64,000 nt of DNA from Candidatus Shapirobacteria bacterium (GTDB lineage Bacteria; Patescibacteriota; Microgenomatia; UBA12405). The DNA lies in assembly GCA_028704885.1 (NCBI GenBank), contig JAQWEN010000001.1, positions 523,107-587,106 of the forward strand, in the 5' to 3' direction. Of this stretch, positions 9,696 through 18,166 are shown in pieces; the first letter of the stretch is position 1, and each line of letters opens with the position of its first letter. The notes below the pieces were generated by a model. It saw nothing but the letters and a program-made list of their open reading frames with translations, did no database searches and had not been told where the DNA came from. A program made the translations under genes and the position numbers.

Positions 9696-10828
9696 AGAAA
9701 GGCACCCCAATCGGCAATTGGGGCAACATTGCCAGCAACAAAATTAATGGCGTAAAGAAGAATGGCAGGAATAAGAATTATGAAAATTATTCTTAAAGAT
9801 TTTTTATTTAAAAATTTGGCAAAAGCCAACAATAAGAAAGGATAAACTGGGGCAATATAACGACTAATGTCGCGATGGGCAACAAAAAGAGTGGCGAGAG
9901 TAAAAAGTGCTGGAAAAATAGTAATGATGTCAAATTTATATTTTTTAAAAAGGCGATAGACACCATAAATGGCGATTAAATAGATATAAATAATATCTTC
10001 GAGCCAAATGGTATTGATCCAAGATTTAGTACTAATAAAAACTAAATAAGGCAATTGATTTAAGTGAAAGTTGTCGCCGCTATGAAAATAAGCCCAAAAA
10101 TCCCCTGTTTGCAAACGATATAAATTAAAAATAACAAAAATAGTAATTGGGGTTAATATAAACCAAAAATATTTTTTAAGGACTCCAATAAAATCTTTAT
10201 TTTTAATTAATTCATAAATGGCCATTATTCCATATGAAGCAAAAAGTAGAATAGCTGGAGTCTTTAAGGTTTGAGCCAAAGCAGCAAAAACAGCAGAGAT
10301 TAAATATTTACCTTTTTTAAAATAAAAAATTGAAGCAATAATTGAAGCTAAAAACAAAGTTTCTGGAGCACCAATTTGACGAAGGACAAAAAAACGAGCT
10401 GGAAAGAAAATAAAAAGAAGAGATAGCCAATAGGCTTTCTTTTCTTTAATAAATAATTTTAGAAATTCATATAAAATTAGGGTTAAAAAAATCGAACCAA
10501 AAAGAGTAATCAAAAGCATGGCTTTTGGGGTCGAGATAAAATTGGAAAGAAAATTAATTAAAATTGGATAGCCAGGAAGATGAGCTGGATAATATTCAAC
10601 TGGTTGAGGAAGAGAAAAATTAGGACCAATGCAATCTTTGTTATAGCCACATTTGGAAATAATCATATAGTTGGGGCCATCGTAATTAAAGAAAACAGTT
10701 TCTAAAGAAACATCATTAAAACCAATTTTGCCAGGAATATTGAAATAAAATATAAACCAAAATAAAACAGAAACTAAAAAAGTTATAATGGCTAATTCAA
10801 AATGCCTTAAATGTTTAAAGGATTTCAT
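9692..10828 (-). CDS. Polytopic integral membrane protein, possibly a GT-C-type glycosyltransferase. Function unknown
   Basis: 378 aa with about 10 predicted hydrophobic helices and a conserved-looking periplasmic loop (YDGPNYMIISKCGYNKDCIGPNF). No catalytic motif recognised. Confidence 0.4.
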   Translation of the reverse strand: MKSFKHLRHFELAIITFLVSVLFWFIFYFNIPGKIGFNDVSLETVFFNYDGPNYMIISKCGYNKDCIGPNFSLPQPVEYYPAHLPGYPILINFLSNFISTPKAMLLITLFGSIFLTLILYEFLKLFIKEKKAYWLSLLFIFFPARFFVLRQIGAPETLFLASIIASIFYFKKGKYLISAVFAALAQTLKTPAILLFASYGIMAIYELIKNKDFIGVLKKYFWFILTPITIFVIFNLYRLQTGDFWAYFHSGDNFHLNQLPYLVFISTKSWINTIWLEDIIYIYLIAIYGVYRLFKKYKFDIITIFPALFTLATLFVAHRDISRYIAPVYPFLLLAFAKFLNKKSLRIIFIILIPAILLYAINFVAGNVAPIADWGAFL

Positions 10829-10858
10829 TAGTTCATTTTATCCTAAATTAAGTAAAAA

Positions 10859-11254
10859 TTACAATATGCCTTGACGTTTCCATACTAAAAACTTAAGAGG
10901 ATTAGATTTTTCTCTGATATTTGGTTTATCAATTTCTTCAATAATTTTAGGATCAAAAAGAAAACTCCCGATTGGGATAAGATTGACTCTAATAAAATTT
11001 GAAATTGGATAATTGATTTCTTTATTTAAAATTAATGGTGATTCTAATCTATCAAGACGTCGATGTAATTCATTATGATCTCTAATTAATGATGGGTACA
11101 AATTAGCTTTAATATTTAAATCAAAGTCTGGAGGAACTATTCCTCTTTTTTTATCTTCACGAGTGACAATATGGTGACAATTGTAATTAGGGTTATTTAA
11201 ATCAATATTATAAATTTCAAAAACTCGGGCTCTATTAATTTTATAGCATTCCAT
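10859..11254 (-). CDS. Small hypothetical protein with a possible HNH-like nuclease motif
   Basis: 131 aa. The segment NCHHIVTRED...N...DHNELHRRLD resembles His-Asn-His spacing. Weak evidence. Confidence 0.3.
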   Translation of the reverse strand: MECYKINRARVFEIYNIDLNNPNYNCHHIVTREDKKRGIVPPDFDLNIKANLYPSLIRDHNELHRRLDRLESPLILNKEINYPISNFIRVNLIPIGSFLFDPKIIEEIDKPNIREKSNPLKFLVWKRQGIL

Positions 11255-11329
11255 ATTTACAGATTTAACTATCTGATAATAGATCTAAAAAGTTGCCTAA
11301 TTAAAGGAATATAATTGATGTTCGATTTT

Positions 11330-11338
11330 TGATATAAT
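11330..11338 (+). promoter_or_regulatory. Extended -10 promoter element (TGaTATAAT) upstream of tRNA-Glu
   Basis: TGaTATAAT sits 25 nt upstream of the mature tRNA 5' end. No good -35, consistent with an extended -10 promoter. Confidence 0.35.
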
Positions 11339-11363
11339 TTAATTTGTTCTCAATAGTTTAAGC

Positions 11364-11435
11364 GGCCCTATCGTCTAATGGTTAGGACGGCAGATTCTCA
11401 TTCTGCTAATCGGAGTTCGATTCTCCGTGGGGTCA
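11364..11435 (+). tRNA. tRNA-Glu (anticodon CUC)
   Basis: Hand-folded cloverleaf. Acceptor GGCCCTA/TGGGGTC (two G-U pairs), D-arm GTCT-AATGGTTA-GGAC, anticodon stem GCAGA/TCTGC with loop TTCTCAT, T-arm CGGAG-TTCGATT-CTCCG, discriminator A. No encoded CCA. Confidence 0.8.
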
Positions 11436-12050
11436 CAAAAGAAATCTCAGTTTAAGAAGTAGTACATCCAGGGTGTAGCTTGAGAAAAATATCCAAAAAA
11501 TAATATCAATTTGATGTTTGCGAAGTTTTTGAAGAAATTTGTTAAAAAAGGGATAAATAAAGTAAAGAAAAATGGTAGTTAAAATACCAAAAATGATCAT
11601 ATTTTGTAAATAAATATAACCATTAAGATTGAAAGGTTTGGAAGAATAATCCCAAAATTTGTTATAACCGTAAAACAATACGATAAAAGCAGCACAAAGA
11701 TATTCGACTGAACTTGAAACCAAAGTACACAAAATAAAAACAGAAAAGACGTTTAATTTGTATTTTTTAACTAAAGGAATAACTAAAACAATAATTGCAA
11801 CAACACCAAGTCCATAAGGCGGGGCTAACGGCATAATAGTGGGTGTAATTGGGTACCAGCCCGAGGGAAGTATATAAATCCAAATTAGCTCTAAAAAATG
11901 ACCCACTATTGAAAAAACCCAAAAATAAATAAACATCTTTTGAAAAAAAAGAAAAAAATGTTTTAAAAAAGTTATCTGCAAATCAATTTCGCCCGTATCA
12001 CCACTTAGAACCCGATATCGGAAGTTCATATCTATATTATATGCTAACAA
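11433..12050 (-). CDS. Hypothetical multi-pass membrane protein
   Basis: 205 aa and very hydrophobic. The ORF end touches the tRNA-Glu 3' end by 3 nt. Confidence 0.35.
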   Translation of the reverse strand: MLAYNIDMNFRYRVLSGDTGEIDLQITFLKHFFLFFQKMFIYFWVFSIVGHFLELIWIYILPSGWYPITPTIMPLAPPYGLGVVAIIVLVIPLVKKYKLNVFSVFILCTLVSSSVEYLCAAFIVLFYGYNKFWDYSSKPFNLNGYIYLQNMIIFGILTTIFLYFIYPFFNKFLQKLRKHQIDIIFWIFFSSYTLDVLLLKLRFLL

Positions 12051-12117
12051 TAAGTTGCTGTTTGGCTTTGTGATGTAAAAAGTTTTGGTATTTTTAAAAA
12101 AAATGTTATTCTAGATC

Positions 12118-12771
12118 ATGAAAAAAATAAACAAAAAAGAAACTGTTAAAGTCGCAGAAAAAAATATAGAAAAAGTTGTTAGCAAAAAATCTATAAAAAA
12201 ATCTAAAAAGGTAGCGATCCATTCAATTGCTTTTTTGATTTTATTAGCTTTAGTTGGTGGTTGTTTTTATAAATTTGGAATTGCAGCAACTGTTAATGGA
12301 AAACCAATTTATCGATGGTCTTATATCAAGGAATTACAAAAAAGCGATAAGAAGTCTGTTTTAAATCAAATGATCCAAGAGAAATTAATAAAGGAAGAGG
12401 CTAAGAATAAAAAAGTGGTTGTTGATCAAAAAGAAATAGATGCTGCTTTGACTGAAATTGAAGAACAAGTTAAAGCTCAGGGTGTAACTTTAGACGAAGC
12501 CTTGAAATCGGAAGGAATGACAAAAGATGAACTCATAAATAAAATTAGTGATCAAAAAATGGCGGAAAAAATGGCCTCTACCAATATTGAGGCTACCCAA
12601 GAGCAAATTGAGGCATTCTTAAAAGAAAATAAAAATTCCTTACCAACTGGAAAAACAAAAGAAGAACTACAAACATTAGCAAAGGAACAACTTGAGACTC
12701 AAGCCGAGAATACAGCTCTTAACACTTGGTACAACAACTTAGCAAAATCAGCCAAAATTATTTATAAATAA
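12118..12771 (+). CDS. Membrane-anchored SurA/PrsA N-terminal chaperone-domain protein without a parvulin PPIase domain
   Basis: N-terminal TM anchor. The segment ATVNGKPIYRWSYIKELQ...VLNQMIQEKLIKEEAKNKKVVVDQKEIDAALTEIEEQVKAQGVTLDEAL matches the PrsA/SurA N-terminal domain pattern. Only 217 aa. Confidence 0.5.
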   Translation: MKKINKKETVKVAEKNIEKVVSKKSIKKSKKVAIHSIAFLILLALVGGCFYKFGIAATVNGKPIYRWSYIKELQKSDKKSVLNQMIQEKLIKEEAKNKKVVVDQKEIDAALTEIEEQVKAQGVTLDEALKSEGMTKDELINKISDQKMAEKMASTNIEATQEQIEAFLKENKNSLPTGKTKEELQTLAKEQLETQAENTALNTWYNNLAKSAKIIYK

Positions 12772-12955
12772 TTTTAGTCTGGTTTATATTTACCTGAATT
12801 ATTCTTACGGCGATTAGTTTTAATGGAAAATTCATTTTTACAAGTCGGATCACAGGATTATTATATTGACTATAAATAGTATAGCTCGGAGAACAGGTAT
12901 ATTGTAATGGAATTAGGATTGGAGTAATACGTCTAGTATTAGAAGTAGAAACTAC

Positions 12956-13426
12956 TTATTTGATTGCTACTAATTCGACTTCAAAAATAAGAGTGGCCTT
13001 AGCTGGAATTGGACCGTAACCATTTTCACCATAGGCCAACTGATAAGGAATCGTTAATTTTCTTTTTCCGCCGACTTTCATACCAACAACACCTTTGTCC
13101 CAACCTTCGATAACTTGACCAACACCAATTTGGGTTTCAAAAGGTTCATTTCGATCGTAAGAACTGTCAAATTTAGTGCCATCTTCAAGAGTGCCAACAT
13201 AATTTATAGAAACAGTGTCGCCAGATTTAACAGCACTGCCAGTGCCGACTTTAGTATCTTCAATTATTAATTCAGTGACTTTGGATGGAGCGAGAGTAGG
13301 CATAGTTGTTTTAGTTGAATCAGAAATTTTTGTTTCTGTTTGACTAGGATTTTTGGTTAAAAAATAAAGGACTAAAATAAAAACAAAAATAATTAAGACA
13401 GTAATTATTTTATTATTTTTAGACAT
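12956..13426 (-). CDS. FKBP-type peptidyl-prolyl cis-trans isomerase, membrane-anchored
   Basis: N-terminal TM helix followed by a canonical FKBP domain ([85 protein letters not shown]). Confidence 0.85.
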   Translation of the reverse strand: MSKNNKIITVLIIFVFILVLYFLTKNPSQTETKISDSTKTTMPTLAPSKVTELIIEDTKVGTGSAVKSGDTVSINYVGTLEDGTKFDSSYDRNEPFETQIGVGQVIEGWDKGVVGMKVGGKRKLTIPYQLAYGENGYGPIPAKATLIFEVELVAIK

Positions 13427-13446
13427 GATTTATTATAGAACAAACT

Positions 13447-14646
13447 TTAGATTTGAAATTTACCAGATTTATAGAGAATGACTTCTTTTCCATTTTTTAG
13501 AGTCGCTGTGACGATGCGGTCGATGGTGGCAATAATATCAGTATGAACAGCCGAATCATTAAAACCAAAATCATCCCAATCTTTAGGTGTTAATTTTTTA
13601 ATATTTTTTGAATAAGTGTCTTTGTAAGCCGAGCCGAGGGCCAGATGAGTATTGCCAAATTCACCGCCAAAATTTTCATCAAATAAAGTTTCGGCCATAA
13701 ATTTATTGATTTTTGAAAAGCGTTTATCGGTTAAGGAGAACTCCCCTATTTTGTCGGAATTAGTAACTTTAATTAATTGTTTTAAAAATTTTTCACCATA
13801 ACCAGCTTCCGCGTTAACAACTAAACCATCTTTAAAAGTTAATTTAATATTTTTTATTAAATTGCCTTGGCGATAAAGCGGTTGATCAAAAAAAATGTAA
13901 CCATTGGTTCCCCGCCAATCGGGTGAAGTGAAAATTTCGAAACTGGGAATATTGCGACCACCGCCACCAAGCCATTGGCGATTTTCGCCAATAGTAATGT
14001 TTAAATCAGTATCTTTAGCTTTAATATTAACGCTAACTATTTCTAGTTTATTTAATTTTTTCCTGATTAAATTAGATTTATTTTGGACTCGGCGCCATTT
14101 GGCGACTGGATTTTGATAATTTAGGAAACAAGCTTTAATAATTTGCTGCCAGGCTTCTTTGAGAGTTAAATTAGCTTCTTTAGCCATGGCGGGAGTGGCA
14201 AAAAGACCAATAGTCCAGGTTAATTTGCCTTTATTTTCCTTGGCGTCACGCCAATCTTTATATGGTTTGAAAACCATATTTCGCTCCATAATTTTCTGAG
14301 GATCGATACCCTCTAATTCGTGATAATTTGTTTCGGCTAAGACCATTAAAAAATGATCAGCCTGTTTAACTCGGCCTTTTAAAAAGGTAGCTGGAAAAAA
14401 TTTTAATTGATCGTCAGAAGCTAATTCAAAAAATTCACGAGACATTTCGTCGGGTAAATATTGAATGATGGCATGAGCGCCGCTTTTTAAAACTGATCGT
14501 TGGAGTGAAGCCAAGAGTGGTTTGGCCGACTCGGGAACCTGAAGAAAAACGACTTCGCCTTTTTTAACACCTTGGCCACTATTTAGGGCAAAATTTACTA
14601 AAACATCGGCATACTTATCTAATATTTTTTGAGAAGGCTGATACAT
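13447..14646 (-). CDS. Aminopeptidase, M29 (AmpS/PepS) family
   Basis: N-terminus (ILDKYADVLVNFALNSGQGVKKGEVVFLQ) and overall length of about 400 aa match the thermophilic metalloprotease M29 family. Confidence 0.6.
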   Translation of the reverse strand: MYQPSQKILDKYADVLVNFALNSGQGVKKGEVVFLQVPESAKPLLASLQRSVLKSGAHAIIQYLPDEMSREFFELASDDQLKFFPATFLKGRVKQADHFLMVLAETNYHELEGIDPQKIMERNMVFKPYKDWRDAKENKGKLTWTIGLFATPAMAKEANLTLKEAWQQIIKACFLNYQNPVAKWRRVQNKSNLIRKKLNKLEIVSVNIKAKDTDLNITIGENRQWLGGGGRNIPSFEIFTSPDWRGTNGYIFFDQPLYRQGNLIKNIKLTFKDGLVVNAEAGYGEKFLKQLIKVTNSDKIGEFSLTDKRFSKINKFMAETLFDENFGGEFGNTHLALGSAYKDTYSKNIKKLTPKDWDDFGFNDSAVHTDIIATIDRIVTATLKNGKEVILYKSGKFQI

Positions 14647-14659
14647 TATTAATGAATAA

Positions 14660-16021
14660 TTAAGAATTAATAATTTTTAAAACCTCATCACGTTTTTGAG
14701 CCATAAGTTCTTCGGTGTTGGCTTCGAGATTAAGACGAAGAAGAGGTTCAGTATTTGAAGAACGAATATTAAAACGCCAATCGCCCATTTCAAAGGTCAT
14801 TCCATCCATTCTTTCGACCGGAGAAATTGCTTTAGCAGTATAAGTTTCTTCAATTTTTGATAAAACAGAGGGAACATCGGCAACTTTAGAATTTACTTCA
14901 CCGGAAATATGATATTTAGCCAACATCTCGTCAACGATTACTTCTAATGCTTTATCGCTTTTTGATAAAAAGTCGAGAAGATAGGCAAATGTGACTAGGC
15001 CGGTATCACATAAAAAGAATTCTTTGAAATAATAATGACCAGAAACTTCACCACCAAAATAGGCATTTTCAGCTTTCATTCTGGCTTTGATGTGAGTATG
15101 ACCAACGCGATTTGCAAGAGCTTTGCCACCACAAGCGGCGATAGTTTCGGGGACAACTTTTGAAGCACGAATATCGTAGACAATACTACAACCAGGATAT
15201 TTTTTAACAAAGTATTCAGACAAAATGGCGGTCATAAAATCACCTGGAACAAATCGACCTTTTTTATCAATCACAAAGAAACGATCACCATCGGGATCGA
15301 ACATAATACCTAAATCACTACCTTCAGCAGGAACTCTTTGTTGAATTTCTACCCTATTTTCGGCTAATAATGGATCACCGCCATGATTTGGAAAATTACC
15401 GTCAATTTCCCAAAACATAGGAATAAGTTCAACTGTTGGAAGCTTATCGTCAATTAATTTCAAAAATGGACCAACCATACCATTGGCAGTATCGGCGTGA
15501 ATTTTGAAATTTTTTAAATTGGCAACATCGATAAGAGATAAAACATAATCAACAAATTCTTGTCGAAGATTTTGAGTTTCTATTGTTCCTTGAATAGCCG
15601 CATCAGCAGGTAAATCGTCGGCTAAAATATATTCTTTTATTTCTTTAATACCAGCCTCACCAGATAATAATTCGGGAATTTTTTTAACCATTTTAAAACC
15701 GGTATATTCTTTAGGGTTATGGCTGGCAGTAACAGAAATCCCAGGAAGATCGTATTTTTGACAGGCATAATAGAACATGTCGGTTGAAGCCATATCAACA
15801 TCAATTACATTGACTCCAACTTTAGTTAAACCAGAGATTAAAGCATTTTTCATTGATTCACCAGAAACACGACCATCCCGAGCAATAACAACTTTTTTAG
15901 GAAAATTTAAATATTTAGCAAAGCCGCGACCGATTTTTTCAGCTAATTCTTCGTTGGCTTGAGTGGGGTAAACGGCACGAATGTCGTAAGATTTAAAAAT
16001 GGAAGTGTCTAGATTGATCAT
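14660..16021 (-). CDS. Phosphomannomutase/phosphoglucomutase (alpha-D-phosphohexomutase family)
   Basis: Active-site Ser loop TASHNPKEYTGFK, metal-binding DPDGDR, sugar-binding GGEVSGH. 453 aa. Confidence 0.8.
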   Translation of the reverse strand: MINLDTSIFKSYDIRAVYPTQANEELAEKIGRGFAKYLNFPKKVVIARDGRVSGESMKNALISGLTKVGVNVIDVDMASTDMFYYACQKYDLPGISVTASHNPKEYTGFKMVKKIPELLSGEAGIKEIKEYILADDLPADAAIQGTIETQNLRQEFVDYVLSLIDVANLKNFKIHADTANGMVGPFLKLIDDKLPTVELIPMFWEIDGNFPNHGGDPLLAENRVEIQQRVPAEGSDLGIMFDPDGDRFFVIDKKGRFVPGDFMTAILSEYFVKKYPGCSIVYDIRASKVVPETIAACGGKALANRVGHTHIKARMKAENAYFGGEVSGHYYFKEFFLCDTGLVTFAYLLDFLSKSDKALEVIVDEMLAKYHISGEVNSKVADVPSVLSKIEETYTAKAISPVERMDGMTFEMGDWRFNIRSSNTEPLLRLNLEANTEELMAQKRDEVLKIINS

Positions 16022-16097
16022 AATTTAATTAAGAATTAAAAATTAATAATTAATAGCAAACTGGGTAAGCTAAGAATAACACATTTAAGACTGTTTT

Positions 16098-16448
16098 TTG
16101 ATAAAATTGGGCATGGATCAAATTAAATATGATGATTTTGCCAAAATAGAATTTAAAATTGGTGAAATTAAAGAAGCAGTTGAGGTTGAAGGCTCAGAAA
16201 AACTGTTAAGATTGCAGGTTGATTTTGGTGAAGAAAAACTAAGAAATATATTTTCCGGAATTAAAAAATGGTATTCCCCGGCTGATTTAATTGGCAAAAA
16301 GACGGTTTTCGTAACTAATATTATTCCAAGAAAAATTATGGGTGAGTTGTCCGAAGCAATGATATTCGGGGCCGAAGATGAATCTAGTGAAAATATGAGT
16401 GTTTTATTTTTGGATAAAGATTTACCAGTTGGTTCAAAAGTTTTTTAA
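16098..16448 (+). CDS. tRNA-binding protein (CsaA/Trbp111/EMAP-like OB-fold domain)
   Basis: 116 aa. Motif FAKIEFKIGEIKEAVEVEGSEKLLRLQVDFGEEKLRNIFSGIKKWYSPADLIGKKTVFVTNI typical of the MetRS C-terminal-like tRNA-binding domain. Confidence 0.7.
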   Translation: MIKLGMDQIKYDDFAKIEFKIGEIKEAVEVEGSEKLLRLQVDFGEEKLRNIFSGIKKWYSPADLIGKKTVFVTNIIPRKIMGELSEAMIFGAEDESSENMSVLFLDKDLPVGSKVF

Positions 16449-16449
16449 T

Positions 16450-18165
16450 ATGAAAATTGTAGAAGATTTAAAAAAAATAATTATTGATGCTGGTAAAAAA
16501 TTAGATTTACAAATAGTTGAATCGGATATAAAAATTGAACATCCGGCAGCTGTAAATTTTGGCGATTATTCGACAAATATTGCCATGATTTTGGCTAAAA
16601 AAGATAAAATTAATCCAAGAGAACTGGCCAATTCAGTTTGTCAGTCTATCAGACTGTCAAATAATCAGTTATTGGAAAAAGTGGAAGTGGCAGGGGCGGG
16701 ATTTATTAATTTTTATTTAAAGCCGGAATTTTTAATTAAAGAAGCGGAAGAAATTAATTATGAAATTGAGTTTAGAAATAAATTAAGTGAAAATGGAAAT
16801 GGGAAAATAATGGTGATTGATTATTCGGCTCCAAACATTGCTAAACCGTTTGGAATTGGACATTTAAGATCGACCGATATTGGTCAAGCTATTTATAATA
16901 TCTATAAAATTTTAGGTTGGAATTGTATTGGTGATAATCATATCGGCGACTGGGGAACTCAATATGGAAAATTAGTGGCAGCTATAAAAAAATGGAATGA
17001 AAAAGATTTGGATGAATTGACAATTGAAGACTTGGAAAAACTATATGTCAAATTTCATAAAGAAGCGGAAACTGATGAAAAATTAATTGATGAAGGCCGA
17101 GAGTGGTTTGCAAAATTAGAAAAGGGAGATTCAGAGGCGAGAAAGATTTGGCAAAAATGTATTGATATTTCTTTAATTGAATTTGAAAAAGTTTATGAAC
17201 TTCTAGGAGTGCATATCGACTTTATTCATGGGGAATCTTTTTATGAAGATAAATTAGAAGAAGTAACTAAAGAAATTATTAAAAAAGGAATTACTAAAAA
17301 AAGTGAGGGAGCAGTGATTGTGGAATTTGAAAAGATGCCACCGGCAATGCTGCAAAAATCAAATGGAACAACTACTTATTTTACCCGTGATATGGCGACA
17401 ATTAAATATCGATTGGAAAATTGGAACCCAAATTTAATAATTTATGAAGTTGGAGTTGACCAGGAATTACATTTTAGACAGGTGTTTGAAACAGCTAAAT
17501 TAATGGGCTGGATGCCAGATCAAGGAATGATTCATATTGCTCATGGTTTAATTCGATGGACAACTGGAAAATTTTCGACCAGAAAAGGCGATACGATTCA
17601 TCTGTCCGAAGTAATTGATAAAGCGATGGAAAAGGCTAGTGAAATTGCTAATAAAAGTGTGGTGGATAAAAACTTAACCGCTACTGAAAAAGAAGAAATG
17701 ATTAAAGCAGTGGCTATCGGAGCTATTAAATTTAATGATTTGGCCAGTGATCCAAGAAAAGATGTAATTTTTGATTGGGATCAAATTATGAGTTTGGATG
17801 GAGATTCAGGCCCGTATCTGCAATACACCTATGCTAGATGCAAAAGTGTTTTAAACAAAAGTAAAGATAAAGAACAAAAAAATATTAGCGAGGTTCCCCA
17901 AAATATTAATAATGATGAAATGGCCTTACTTAAGGAATTTTATAAATTTGAAGAAAAAATTATAGAAGCGTCGCAACGTTACTCCCCGGCCGTAATTGCA
18001 GAATATTTACTCTCCGTCGCCAGAAAATATAATGAATTTTATGCCAAAAATAGAATAATTGATCAAAAAGAAGAAAATTTCAGAATCTTTTTAACCAGAA
18101 CCACAGCTAGTGTGATTGATACTGGATTGAACTTATTGGGAATCGAAACGATTGAAAAAATGTAA
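16450..18165 (+). CDS. argS: Arginyl-tRNA synthetase
   Basis: Class I HIGH-like motif (PFGIGHLRS), KFSTRKG (KMSKS variant), DALR anticodon-binding C-terminus. The listed ORF at 16399 was trimmed to the ATG at 16450, immediately after the upstream stop. Confidence 0.85.
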   Translation: MKIVEDLKKIIIDAGKKLDLQIVESDIKIEHPAAVNFGDYSTNIAMILAKKDKINPRELANSVCQSIRLSNNQLLEKVEVAGAGFINFYLKPEFLIKEAEEINYEIEFRNKLSENGNGKIMVIDYSAPNIAKPFGIGHLRSTDIGQAIYNIYKILGWNCIGDNHIGDWGTQYGKLVAAIKKWNEKDLDELTIEDLEKLYVKFHKEAETDEKLIDEGREWFAKLEKGDSEARKIWQKCIDISLIEFEKVYELLGVHIDFIHGESFYEDKLEEVTKEIIKKGITKKSEGAVIVEFEKMPPAMLQKSNGTTTYFTRDMATIKYRLENWNPNLIIYEVGVDQELHFRQVFETAKLMGWMPDQGMIHIAHGLIRWTTGKFSTRKGDTIHLSEVIDKAMEKASEIANKSVVDKNLTATEKEEMIKAVAIGAIKFNDLASDPRKDVIFDWDQIMSLDGDSGPYLQYTYARCKSVLNKSKDKEQKNISEVPQNINNDEMALLKEFYKFEEKIIEASQRYSPAVIAEYLLSVARKYNEFYAKNRIIDQKEENFRIFLTRTTASVIDTGLNLLGIETIEKM

Positions 18166-18166
18166 T

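Noticed and set aside
16399-16449. Upstream extension of the argS ORF overlapping the tRNA-binding protein gene
   Set aside because: The extension starts with a non-ATG codon inside the upstream gene. An ATG lies 2 nt after the upstream stop and gives a canonical ArgRS N-terminus (MKIVEDLKK...), so argS was trimmed to 16450.
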